The position numbers and the translations under genes were made by a program. Shown piece by piece: positions 12,401 to 24,509 of a stretch of 64,000 nt of DNA. This DNA is from Octopus sinensis (lineage: Eukaryota), in the NCBI RefSeq assembly GCF_006345805.1, contig NC_043003.1:47306001-47370000 (forward strand), written 5' to 3'. The notes under the pieces were generated by a model. It saw only the letters and a program-made list of their open reading frames with translations, had not been told where the DNA came from and ran no database searches. Numbering within the stretch: the stretch's first letter is position 1; each line of letters starts with the position of its first letter.

Positions 12401-13457
12401 GTTCTTGTACAGGATGATGATCAAATCAATATTGCACCCCAACTCAGTTGAGGGGGCCTTGTTTTGCAATTGGTTGTTGACCTCACCAGTGCTGGTGCCA
12501 TGAAAAAAACACCCTGTACTCTCTGTAAAATGGTTGGGATTAGGAAGGGCATTCAGTCATAGAAATCTTGCCAAAGCAGATATTAGAGTTCAACACAATC
12601 TCCTGGCTTGTCAGATCGTGTCAAACCATCCAACCCATGACAGTATGAAACGCAAACGTTAAATAATGATGACGATAATGATGATGGTGATAAAATATAT
12701 ACACATACACACTTTTCAGGTAGCTGTTGTCATTCATATGCATCTCATACTCATATCTATACAACCCTCTGTTGAGCATACTACAGATGATTCCTCATAC
12801 ATCCAGTTTTTCTTTCATCTCATTTGTACTCCATTATTCATTTCTTCCTAGCTTTAGCAAATCCTCTGTATTCAAAGCTTATGCCTCACTATCATGCAGC
12901 ACTGTACTTCACACACAATGCTGTATTCAATCTGCCCATAACTGGTTTACATTTAAATCTGTTTCATCATCGCTGTTTAACGTCTGCTTTCCATGCTGGC
13001 ATGGGTTGGATGGTTTGACTGAGGTATAGCAAGCCAGAAGGCTGCACCAGACTCCAATCCGATCTGGCAAAGTTTCTACAGCTTGATGCCCTTCCTAACG
13101 CCAACCATTCCGAGAGTGTAATGGGTGCTTTTTACATGCCACCAGCATAAGGGCCAGTCAGGTGGTACTGGCACTGACCACACTTGAATGATGCTTTTTA
13201 CATGCCACCAGCACAAGGGCCAGTCAGGTGGTACTGGCACTGAACACACTTGAATGATACTTTTTATGTGCCACCAGCACAGGGTTATATTTATGAAACA
13301 TTATAGTCCATGAATTAAACTGCTAATTTTTATACATTTTAACATTCACTTTCCTAGGTCAGCAAGAAATAGTTCAAATTCACTATCCTTCAGTTAGGTC
13401 AACTGCACTATAGATGTCAGTAATAAAAAAGGAGGATCTCCAATAATGTTGCTACAT

Positions 13458-13507
13458 AATATGTGGTGATAACACAATATGTGGTGATAACACAAAATGT
13501 GGTGATG
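13458..13507 (+). repeat. 18-bp tandem repeat, about 3 copies
   Basis: AATATGTGGTGATAACAC twice plus a diverged third copy. Confidence 0.85.
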
Positions 13508-13601
13508 CAATGGAGTAAAATAAATGAAGAAGCTTATACCATGTCATCAGGATTACTAGGCTCACTTGGTGCACCAAAAGAAAGGGTGCAAATTATATAT
13601 G

Positions 13602-13770
13602 AACATGCCCTTTTGATTTAAGAGACTTCAATTTGCAGAACATCTAAGCACTGCCATGTCAATCAATAAAGCTAAGAACAAACACTGACACGTTGGACTG
13701 CATCTTGAAGAATGGTTTTAATAATGACCAATTGTATGTGAGATGCTCAAGTTGGAAGTTTCTATAATCT
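13602..13770 (+). pseudogene. Helitron/Pif1-type helicase C-terminal relic
   Basis: NMPF*FKRLQFAEHLSTAMSINKAKNKH*HVGLHLEE then (frameshift) DQLYVRCS, matching Pif1 helicase motifs MPF.FKRLQFP...FAM(S/T)INKAQGQ and HGQLYV.CSRV. Confidence 0.8.
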
Positions 13771-14437
13771 TGTTATTTATATGATGCCGCATGGATTTTT
13801 TGTCAGTGAACAGGTCGTGGTCTTAAAGCGACGAAAATATTTTGACAAATTAAACTTAAATGTTGAAGTGAATCGAACGGCTTTTGTGTGTTTCTTAAAT
13901 GGCTTACCAACACCTTCCACGCTGCAATTGTTTTCGTTTCAGCACACGATCTCAGATCAAATCATTTGCTATGCAAGTACATCTCTGTTATTTATATGTT
14001 GGTTGGTAAAATATTAAAAAAAAAAACATTATAGCTCTTGAGGTGCTGACATGACAATGTTCAGAATTCTCAAGGCTACAATGTTACTTATATCATACAA
14101 GCTGGGTCCCACTGCAACTCTTACTGTAATTTCTTTATCACAGCATGTACCGCATTTCCAATATTTGCATCTGTAGGTCTCCTCTCTGCACTCTGATTTC
14201 TTCATATTATAGGAGTGATATTTCCAGAGCATGGAAACCACACAGCTATGTCTGCACCTACAGGCATAGTTGCAGGTTCAGTTATAACTGTGTGGTTCAG
14301 AAACTCACTTATCAACCATGTGGCATCAGGCTAAGTCCAACTGAGCAGTACCATGAGCATTGTCTTCTACTATAGCCCCAGACTGACTAATGCCTTGTGA
14401 CGGAATATGGAAGACAAACTGAAAGAAGCACATTATT

Positions 14438-14473
<36 letters not shown>

Positions 14474-14655
14474 ATATATATACATATTCCAAGAAAGAGG
14501 TTGTGAATTCAACCAACTAAGGGATAATATCTATCCAATATACTGCTTGTAGAATACCCAATTATTAATACACAAGTGTTTTTTATTGCATTGCAATTAC
14601 ATTACCAAGTGTACTAAATGGGTGAAGGTAAAGAGATATTTTACCATTGATTTAT

Positions 14656-14848
14656 AGAGCAATAAGAAAATGGAGGTATCAATAGGTGGTTCATCAACTT
14701 TTAGATATTATATTATGTAAACTTATCTATTTATTTACTAAAATGACAATTACAAAAAAGTCATTTTAGTAAATAAATAAGTTGACATAATATAATGTCT
14801 AAAAGTTGATGAATCACCTATTGATCCCCTCCATTTTCTTATTGCTCT
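14656..14848. mobile_element. Fold-back (MITE-like) palindrome with ~90-bp arms
   Basis: AGAGCAATAAGAAAATGGAGG...TTACTAAAATGAC / GTCATTTTAGTAA...CCTCCATTTTCTTATTGCTCT; 12-nt loop. Confidence 0.9.
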
Positions 14849-14852
14849 CTCT

Positions 14853-14924
<72 letters not shown>

Positions 14925-15757
14925 TGTGTGTGTGTAAGCACGTGTGTGTCTTTGTGAATGTTTACATCTGTAGGGAGCTATGTTACAAGTAGTTACATCA
15001 TTTGTGGCTGGGCTGCAACCAGTGATGCTTGTTTATTGACATTTCCTTGTTAGCAAATCGCCTGCTAGCTCTGGGATTAAAATTCTTCTACTGAAGAAAA
15101 CAGGTATGTGTGGACTACAGGAAGGACATTTTGTCCATAAAAATTCTGTCGTTTAACCATTGCTATCATGGAAAAACATACTTTCTATTCATTTTCAAAT
15201 TATTTTAAGAATTAAAGACGATCATGAATAAAAAAAAAAACGAAATAAATTATTTTTTCATTTACTCAATTCCGTATTCTTCTTGAACATACTTGGACAA
15301 GTATGTGTCATTTATACAGATTATTAAATATATTACTAGGTATGTATCTGTAACAGTGCAGTAGGCCTTCCTGCATTAGATATCAAACTGCAATAAATCC
15401 AATACGGTTCTATTAAACTGAATACGATTAAATTACAATTTACTTTTCAGCCGGGACAACGCCGGGTATATGTTGTGTGTGTATGTGTGTATAAAGGTCG
15501 CCAACAAGAGAAAATGGACATTAAATGATATAAGTATATAGACACGAATCTATAATAATACACATATACTCATGGTTGTATATATAATGGGAAATTTTGG
15601 GAAGTACATATATCCACATATTCACATTATTATACACACACACATATAGACAGATAGATAGATAGATAGATATAATATATATTATCAAGGACCTATAATC
15701 CTTTAAGGGATGCTAGCATCCTAGTTCTCCCGTTTAGTGGAAACTAAATATATTGGT

Positions 15758-15801
<44 letters not shown>

Positions 15802-15933
15802 CATTTAAAATATTTATGAATGAGGAAAAGAAGAAAATGGAGTAATTGACATACAGACATCAGTTTATTTAAAGATATTCAAATCCATATAATGAAATTA
15901 AATAAACTGATGTCAATCTCTCCATGTTCTCTT

Positions 15934-15976
<43 letters not shown>

Positions 15977-16295
15977 TACGGTTAGACTAAAGCGTTAAGA
16001 CTCAGTTGAATTAGGTACTTGGAATTGGCGAAGGTAAAATACGTACACCCGTTTTCGGCGTAACAAAAACCTTAACCCTTAACACTGGGTGCGCGTATTC
16101 TTTACTTTTGCCCTTAAATTGAGGCACCTTGTTAGGTCGCAATAATATGCACACCCAAACAATATAAAGTGGATATCAAACTCGACGCAGAAGCGTTACT
16201 CATATATATATATATATATATATATTGGTCAGCCCCGATTAAATTACAGCCAGCCGGTTTCCAGATTACTGACATCAAATGTATATATTCTATAC

Positions 16296-16747
16296 CGTTA
16301 TTGAGTTCTTTATCTTTAGTCTTATCATATTGTGCGATGACAGCGAGTAGGAGCTGATAAAAAGGAACTATATATACATGTAAGCAAAAGATTCTTACGG
16401 ACGTAAATAGATATGTGGTTGGTTATTATTTATATGTAATTTTAAAGCCTATGAAAACAGTGGATATTAAGTAAATAACGGATTCAGTCCAAGTGCAGAA
16501 TCAATATTGATATTAATTTTATTGACAGTGGCATTAAAGTTTTGCTGTATATGTTTGGCTTCCCCAGTTAAGCTAGACATTCGGTAAAACTTCGAAGTTA
16601 ACTGTCAATAAAAATTACATATGTAGTTGTGTCTGCGCGTATATATATATATATATATATATGATTTGAAAACCCCACTAGAATGGGAGAAAGCGCTAAT
16701 ACATGATCTAAGTTATATGATTGATGTATAAGAAATGTAATATATAA

Positions 16748-16805
<58 letters not shown>

Positions 16806-17720
16806 GCGCGCGCGCAGTTGGTGGTAGAACGGAGAATTACAAAGTATACAAACGGAATCTAGAGTGAGATGCAACATATATATATAAATATATACATTTA
16901 TACTTTGCAAAACGATAGGATTAAGTGTGTACTTACGAGGTATTTACATATACGTGTGTGTATACTCTAACAACAACAACACACAGGGAAGTGAAGGGTG
17001 CGATGCCGGCGTGGTTCTTTTACGAACCTCTTCTTACCTCACTGTACAGATATGATGCAATCTTTGGTCCATGGAAGCGAAATTTCTAAGTTGAAACGTG
17101 TGTATATGTCAGTATTTTTTTTTTTTGAAATCCACGAACGGAATTTTGGCGAGGAGGATAAAAGAGGACAGATAAACAAGTTAGGTAACTGCTTGCGAAA
17201 TGTTGATGGCGGTAGTAATAGTAGTAGTAGTAGTAGTGTTTGAAAATAATTTTTAGTAATAGTAGGAGAGGCGGTGATTCTGTTGGATCTCCGTCGTTCG
17301 AGATTTACGATTCAATTGTACGGTCAGCAGGATCTGTTTCTGTATTAAAGTGTGGCTCAGCATTCCGCATCTTCATATATATATATCCTTGTCGTGATTC
17401 TCAGGCAGAATCAGTGTAGCACACACAGAACGCGACAAGGCTGGAATTTTGAATTACAAGTACAATCTCCCCGATGGGCTAGGTGTATAGGTTTCGTTTA
17501 CGTAGTTTCACTTACAAGCTGTAGGTCAACCCGAAGCTGCACAGGTACGGGTGACCTTTGTCGAGTAGCGGGCTGCACTACTAAAAAAAAAGAAATTTGA
17601 AATAATTTTCCGTTTGCGTATCATGCAGAAAGTCCTGCAAATCTTAGTTTTCCCATCACTGGGCTAGCATATAGTTTCTGTCTACCTAGTTTCTCTTAGA
17701 TGGTATAGGTCAACTCGAAG
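16296..17720 (-). other. Cluster of short candidate exons on - strand (17686-17720, 17516-17580 or 17516-17536, 17038-17085, 16296-16353)
   Basis: Donors |GTAAGT (17515), GAG|GTAAGA (17037) and AG|GTAGAC (17685); acceptors TTTCTTTTTTTTTAG and CCTTTTTATCAG; TACTGAC branch point at 17108-17114. One frame is open across three exons (VQPATRQRSPVPVQLRVDLQL/KFRFHGPKIASYLYSE/LLLAVIAQYDKTKDKELNN), but no family is recognised. Confidence 0.4.
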
Positions 17721-18097
17721 CTTGAGAAAATGACAGTAGCTTAAAATGTCACGCAGAGAAAGCAAATTCGTTCCAGACTTTTTCTTATTATTTTTATTTC
17801 AATTATTATCCAATCTATACTTTTTTTTGTTTTAGATTGTGGGGTGTGGTTTAATGGATTATTGGCTGGTATTTCTAACAGATCGAGCAGCTTACACAGA
17901 AGATCCTTCTCTAGTTCGTATTAGTAGCAGCAGTTACAAAAAAAAACTTGCAGAATTTGGTTACATCCCTTTGAAAAACCCGCCAGAAACGGTGGCACTA
18001 TTTAGATTCATCGATTTCGAGGTCGAATTCACTTAATAATCCCCTGCTTTAAAATTTATGGCTTGCACCAAAATCAGTAACAGCAAAAATGTTAATA

Positions 18098-18266
18098 TCC
18101 TGCTGTCGACACCGCTTACTCCGTCGTCTTTAGAATTACATATGCTCCTGCTATCTACTAGAATCTGTATTATTTAATAAGAGTGATACTAGTACTTGTG
18201 AATGGGAGCTACAGAAGTATTATATGTAATTCTAAGGAAGTAAAATAAGTAGCATCGGCAGCAGGC
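18098..18266. repeat. Degenerate inverted repeat (~45-bp arms), MITE-like
   Basis: CCTGCTGTCGAC...TTTAGAATTACATA pairs with TATGTAATTCTAAGG...TCGGCAGCAGG. Confidence 0.65.
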
Positions 18267-18569
18267 TATTTGAAAATTTAGAAATGAGTTCGCGAAGTGT
18301 TATTCAAGAATAAATGAAAAGAAATACATGTCCTAAAATAAACTGAAATCAGTTAATAAGTTAAATAACGCTCACTATGTTCATAATATAAGCACCATTT
18401 TTGCTCTGTCATAAAAGTTATGACAAGACGAAGGGAAGTAATTATGATAATGGCATTTTTATTTTCCAGATCTGAACTATAATATTCAGGGCAAAGAAAG
18501 ATGGAGAAAAGTTAAAAGTGATACAAAAATACAACAAAATTTCCTCAAAGATAGCTTACGTATATAATG

Positions 18570-18942
18570 AATTTGACATTCCTACACAAGTATGCCCTGC
18601 TCCCTTGGCTTTATTTCTTTAAGAAAAATGGATATTTTTCGATGAATTTTTCTACAAATACCTTTCAGATGGTGTAGATTCCGACTGAATTGGAATTTAA
18701 TGTGGGGAAAAATTGATGAATGAGCACACATACACATTGACACACATCACGTATATACTGTACCTACAAAATGAAACTTGAAATTTTGAAAAAATTATTT
18801 CAGTATATATGTGTGTATGCCCACTAATTTTTAGAATCTTTTTTACACTTTAAATTCTGGCATAACCATAAACTACACCATCTGAAAGATATTTACAGAA
18901 AAATATATTCAAAAATTACTCAGTTTTTAAAAAGTTATGAAG
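18570..18942. mobile_element. MITE-like element with long subterminal inverted repeats; related sequence at ~44900-45150
   Basis: TTTTTCTACAAATACCTTTCAGATGGTGTAG versus CTACACCATCTGAAAGATATTTACAGAAAAA; the ACCATCTGAAA...AAGTTATGA motif recurs at 45030-45115. Confidence 0.65.
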
Positions 18943-19470
18943 AGGTATGGCTATGTGGTAAGAAGTTTGCTTCCTAATCACATGGTTCCAGGTTCAGTCC
19001 CACTGCATGGTACCTTGGCAAATGTCTTCTACTATAACCTCAGGCTGACCAAAGCCTTGTGAGTGGATTTGTTAGACAGAAACTGAAAGAAACCCAACAT
19101 AAATATAGATATATGTATATATATCTGTATGTGTCTGTGTTTTTCCCCCACCACTGCTTGACAACCAGTGTTGGTGTGTTTGCATCCCCATAACTTAGCA
19201 GTTTGGCAAAAGAGACCGATAGAATAAGTATCAGGTTTAAAATACATAAGTACTGGGGTCGATTCATTCGACTAAAAATTCAAGGTGGTGCCTCAGCATG
19301 GCCACAGTCTAATGACTGGAACAAGAAAAAGATGAAGTCACAGGTGAACACACTTGTTTAGATGTATGCAATGCTTTTAAAAAATTTTTACTCAAGTTAA
19401 ATGAAAATATTAATGAAGCTTCTTTGAATTGCTTATTTTTCTTCATTTGCATCAGTTTTCCTTCTCTCAC

Positions 19471-19543
19471 TCCATTTTCATCTGGTATGTCTGGGGTATT
19501 TCCAACTATCTCCAGCACACCTCTAGACCATAAACTATTGGTC
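19471..19543 (-). CDS. Candidate internal coding exon (TNSLWSRGVLEIVGNTPDIPDENG)
   Basis: Acceptor CATATTTCAG| at 19544; donor A|GTGAGA at 19470; non-repeat, protein-like composition; frame stays open to about 19310. Confidence 0.35.
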
Positions 19544-19574
19544 CTGAAATATGATGTTTTGACAGTTATAATAA

Positions 19575-20000
19575 ATAATAATAATGAAATTATTGTATAC
19601 AGTGCTCAGGTGCACCACAACTTGTCAGAAAATGCATATAAAGTATATGCAGTAATGTACAAATGTCTGGAAAGCGAGCAATGTACGAGTCAGATACATG
19701 CTTGTGTGTGTATGGAGGGTATAAAATCAGGTGTAGTGTTGGCGAATCTCAGAAATCATGAAAGGTTTGAAGGATGCAGTGCTCCGACAACTAACAACTG
19801 ATGCCGGCAGTTTGTTCCATGCTTCAGCAACTCTCAGCATGAAAAAATGTTTCCTAAAGTCATGGGAGTTGTGCTGTTTTTTTACTTTGTAAATATGTCC
19901 ACGGGTGTTAGACGGGTGGAGTTTGAAAAGGTGCTCAGAGTTATTGTTTGTAAGATGGTTAATAATTTTATGGGTGTCTGCCAAGTTGAGGACATAAGGT
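19575..20000 (-). mobile_element. 3' fragment of the same CR1-type LINE family
   Basis: Encodes THKIINHLTNNNSEHLF...FFMLRVAEAWNKLPASVV...SEIRQHYT; same terminal GTGCACCTGAGCACTGTAYACAAT plus ATT tail as the 29-32 kb copy. Confidence 0.9.
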
Positions 20001-22755
20001 TGCAAATTGGTAATAGGAGGTGCATATGAACCTAGGGCAGTGGTGTGCAGTAAAATAATTGCTCTTAATAGATGCCTCAAATGTACAACATGAGATAGTC
20101 AAGCAACTGATAGTTTGAAGAATTCAAGGACTGCAGAGACAGAGATGAACTTAGAGCAGGCCTTGCTGACTCGAATTACATTCATGAAATAAAGTGCATG
20201 TGACATTATGTCTCTGCTTAAGATAAACTCTATTTTATAGTCATGAAATGAAAATTATGACAAGTATGGAAGGAAGTAATTGAGTTCTTCATTGATATTT
20301 TTATTTGCTTCTTTTAATGAAGAATATGCATCATCATATGCACTAATAATCAAATAATCAAATTACAGAACCAAGAATTTTTCATACTTTTTGTTTGTTT
20401 AAAATTATAAAATTGTAGGCTATTGCTTTATTGCCACTTATAAATTCTAAATTTATTTTGAAACAAATGTTTTACACAAACAACTTTATTTTGATATTAA
20501 ACACAATTCTTCAAGAAATTATCAGCTGGCCATGAGATAAAAGTCTCGGCCTCAGATTCGCCAGCTCTGACTTAGAGTAATGGAGTAGAGAAGCTTTTAG
20601 CTAGAATAACTGGAAGAAACAGGCCTTTATAGTTGTGGTAGAAAAAGCAGAGAGATAGAAGAGATTGCATATCTCCTCATGGGAAGAAAGAGTGTCACTG
20701 CATACTCCAGAAGCTGAAATATATCTATGGATGATTTTATACCATTTCATGTAGAATAAATTTAAAAATTTAAAAACAGGTGATATTTAATATAGTTGTT
20801 GAAAGATCAAATAGAAAACTGAATTGGTAAATGATTATTTTACATTCTTATGTTTATGTATTTGTTTTGCAAAGCTGAAGTGAAGAACAAATATATAGTG
20901 TATGTGTTTATTTGACAAAATTTTTTTTTTAATGACTTTCCTGAAATATAATATTTTTAATTCATCATTTTTTTTGTATTTATGTCTTGTCAACTAGATA
21001 AGGAAAGGATAAAAGGCAAAGTTGGATTCTGCAGGATTAGACCTCTGAATGTAGAGAGCCAGAACAAATACCACAAGGCATTCTATTCAACCTTCAAATG
21101 ATTCTGCTAAATTGCCATCTGTACATATGAGAATCTTTTTATGCCTGTGGTTAAGAAGTTTGCCTGTCAACCAAGAGGTTTCAGGTTCAGTCCCATTGCA
21201 TGGCACCTTGGGAAAGTGTTTTCTACTATAGTTTCATCAGCCAACCAGAATTCATTGTGCATGCGCGCGCGCGTGTGTTGGTTCTTCATTGTCTTGGCAT
21301 TGTGTGATATGTGATAGTTGTAAATGAGTGTCATCTCATAGAAGCAGTCTCATTCATTTCCAATCTTCCATCAAAACATGTCTGGTCTTGGGGAAATATT
21401 ATCTTACTAAGAAACAAGTAGTGACAGGAATGACATCAGATCATAGAAAATCTACCTCAATGAATTCTGTCTGAGCCAGGCAAGCATGGAAAAATGGACA
21501 ATCAAATGATGATGGTTATGATGACGATGGATATCTCTTCCTTCTTGTATGCATAGTCATACAGTTGTATTACTTTTCACTGTCATTGGTACACATGCTA
21601 AAATTAAGTGTGATTGTATTTCTTCATTATCTATATGCAAACATCTACTATTTTATTTTTATTCATCTGTTTTTCTATGCTCTCTTTATGTGTGTATGAT
21701 TTTGTACAGGTATGTGCACACACATACATTAACTATATATATTTGTGCAAGTGTAATATTTATGCAAATGTGCAACCCTAATATAAACATATTTGTCTGT
21801 TGGCTGCATTAATATGTAATTGGGCTACACTGAAAGCTATGGATTTAATAAAACATTTTCACTCATCGCTGAAAAAGAAGAAGTGGGCTGATATCTTCTT
21901 TTGTGTTGTTTCAGGATTAGCTTTCATGACATCACTAAATTAATGAATTGTTAAATCCTTATAGCATCAAGTCAAACTTGGCTTTGTATAGTTATTAAAT
22001 ATAATTCCCTCTTATATAAGTGAGTATAGAGTGGGCAGAAGCTTATAAAGAAATTACACCCATGCCTGAAACATGCATCTCTCTCTTTCTCTCCTCTTTC
22101 TTTCCTTCATCTCTCTTGATTAAATTATCTCCTTTTCTCTTTTATATCTCATTCTCTTTATTCCATACACTTTCACTCTCTTTCCCTCTTACTATCACCC
22201 CTCTATCTTTCTCTCTCTCTCTTTCTTTCTTACTTATTTTCTCCCTGCGAAATATCAAGACACTATATAATATCTATGTATCAGAATTGTCAAGGTGTAT
22301 GGTAGTAGTTAGAACTGTACTGTGGGGGTAGTAAGGCATGTAGTAACTGGGAAGACTATGGTAGTGAAACATGTACAATTGAAGTAGAGGGCATGCAATG
22401 TCTAGAATGTATGGTAATAACACATCAGCTGTAAAAGGATGTATGGTAGTGAAACTTGGACAGTGGAGGACATTGTATGCTAATTGTAAACTAATGTCAT
22501 TAATATACAAGTGGCATTAATCATTTGCAGTCTACTTTGAAAACATTTCCAGTCATTATTCTATTTGTGTTCAGAGGACAAGGATAAAAATTACTTTGCT
22601 TGGGAACTGGTGGGGCTTCACAATAAGAAGAGCATCCAGCTGCCGAATATCTGCCTCAACAAATTTTGTTTGACCAATTCAAACATGAAAACATGGATCC
22701 AACAACAATAATGTTGATGATGATGGTGATATATATATACTACTAATATATAGGA

Positions 22756-23160
22756 TACTCTTTTACTCTTTTACTTGTTTCAGTCATTTGACTGCGGCCA
22801 TGCTGGAGCACCGCCTTTAGTCGAGCAACTCGACCCCGGGACTTATTCTTTTTGTAAGCCCAGTACTTATTCTATCGGTCTCTTTTTGCCGAACCGCTAA
22901 GTGACGGGGACGTAAACACACCAGCATCGGTTGTCAAGCAATGCTAGGGGAACAAACACAGACACACATACACACACACATACATATATATATATACATA
23001 TATACGACAGGCTTCTTTCAGTTTCCGTCTACCAAATCCACTCACAAGGCATTGGTCGGCCCGGGGCTATAGCAGAAGACACTTGCCCAAGATGCCACGC
23101 AGTGGGACTGAACCCGGAACCATGTGGTTGGTAAACAAGCTACTTACCACACAGCCACTC
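22756..23160 (-). mobile_element. Young copy of the most abundant SINE (head TGGCTGTGTGGTAAGTAGCTTG, central TA/TG microsatellite, GTAAAAGA tail)
   Basis: Full length with most CpGs retained. Other copies: + at 5920-6372, 18942-19332, 33085-33265, 36496-36965, 42033-42457, 44418-44768, 48487-48830 and 55858-56205; - at 7441-7865 and 51165-51500. Confidence 0.9.
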
Positions 23161-23545
23161 CGAAGTTTTTTTTACAGAAAAAATTTCATCAAAAAAAGTG
23201 GCAGCATATTAAAATACCTTTAAAGGTTAAAATTATAAACAAGGGCAAAAGAAAATTATTTCTATGCCAATATGCTGATAACAGACTTTTAAATCGTCAA
23301 TTTCCACATATTATTATACACCCACTACAGAAATACGTTGTGCTGAAATCGAGGAAAGCTAGCCAACAGAATTTTTTTAAAAAGTTCGTTATTTCTATAT
23401 TGAATCAATTCCGGAATTAATCTCATAGATGTTTTTCCTCTTCAGTAGAAAATACAAATAGAAATAAATGAAATACTTACATGCACCCATGGAAAAAAAG
23501 CTGAAGCAAATACATGTTCACTTTACTAAATTTATACTAAAGCTA

Positions 23546-23619
23546 ACTCCAAACAGCCCATATGCCAGAGTCACCACTGATATCAGTGGCGACTCTGGTA
23601 TTTGGGCTATTTGGGGAGT
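23546..23619. repeat. Near-perfect ~70-bp palindrome centred on GATATC
   Basis: CCAAACAGCCCATATGCCAGAGTCACCACTGAT|ATCAGTGGCGACTCTGGTATTTGGGCTATTTGG: 33 positions with 3 mismatches and 1 G-T pair. Confidence 0.9.
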
Positions 23620-24509
23620 ATCATAAAACTTTTGCATGCCATAACTGGAAGCCAATGCAATGCACCAAAATTTAACTTTCTCATTTCTCTTTCAAGCATA
23701 TCAGCATCATCAACATGGTAGATGCTAATAAAGGTGTATATATATATATATTAAGTATGATACACAGGTGGCTATTTTAATTTAGTGCTGTTTCAATTGC
23801 ACACACTGAGTTTTATTCAGCCTGGCAACTTTTCGCAATATCAGTAAATACATTATTTACTGTTTCCTATATATCAAAGGGGAAAGATTTTGTCTCAGCA
23901 TGTGACTAACAAGTACATGTCATTCACAAGGCTCAGTTAAGCCAAAACACATTTAATATTCTTGTGGTTGGCATTAGGAAGTGCATCTGGCCATTGAATC
24001 CTATGCCAATGCAGATATGAAAGTGTCATACAATCATCAAACCATCCAACTTATACCAGCATGGAACACAGATGTCAAATGATAATGATTATGATGATAG
24101 TGGTGGTGATGGTGTTGTTGTTGTTATTGCTGTTGTTATTGTTTTCCATGTTTTCCAAGAAACTAGTGTTTATAACAAGTTAAACAAGCTCAAAAAAAAT
24201 TTTCTTTTAGTAAGTGATTGCATGGTAAAATAAATTATAAAAGTAGAAAGAAAAAGTACATTTTAGGGTACAAAGAAACAACAGTTACTCTAAGGTGTAT
24301 AAAGTGGAGTAAAGTGGGACCACTATTATTTTCTATTCATGTAAAAGTAAATTATTGATCCAAGAGTTCCATTTTGTAATGATATATTTGCCTTTGTATT
24401 AATTCCACATGTTACCTTAATTACTCTAAATATAGAATCAGGCTGGCTTTTCATGTTGGTGGTTCATTATTATATCTTAACACTAATAACATTTATTATA
24501 TGTATACAT

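Noticed and set aside
15450-15470. CCGGGACAACGCCGGG as a Helitron 3' hairpin belonging to the 13.6 kb relic
   Set aside because: The stem is weak, no terminal CTRR follows, and unrelated repeats intervene.
17516-18147. Possible kinase DFG motif from joining 18120-18147 to 17516-17536 (ILKTTDFGLT)
   Set aside because: The 18120-18147 piece is one arm of the 18098-18266 inverted repeat, and no HRD or APE exons were found.
20590-20630. LEETGL resembling a Nudix box
   Set aside because: It needs a frameshift, lacks the GX5EX7RE spacing, and all frames are closed nearby.
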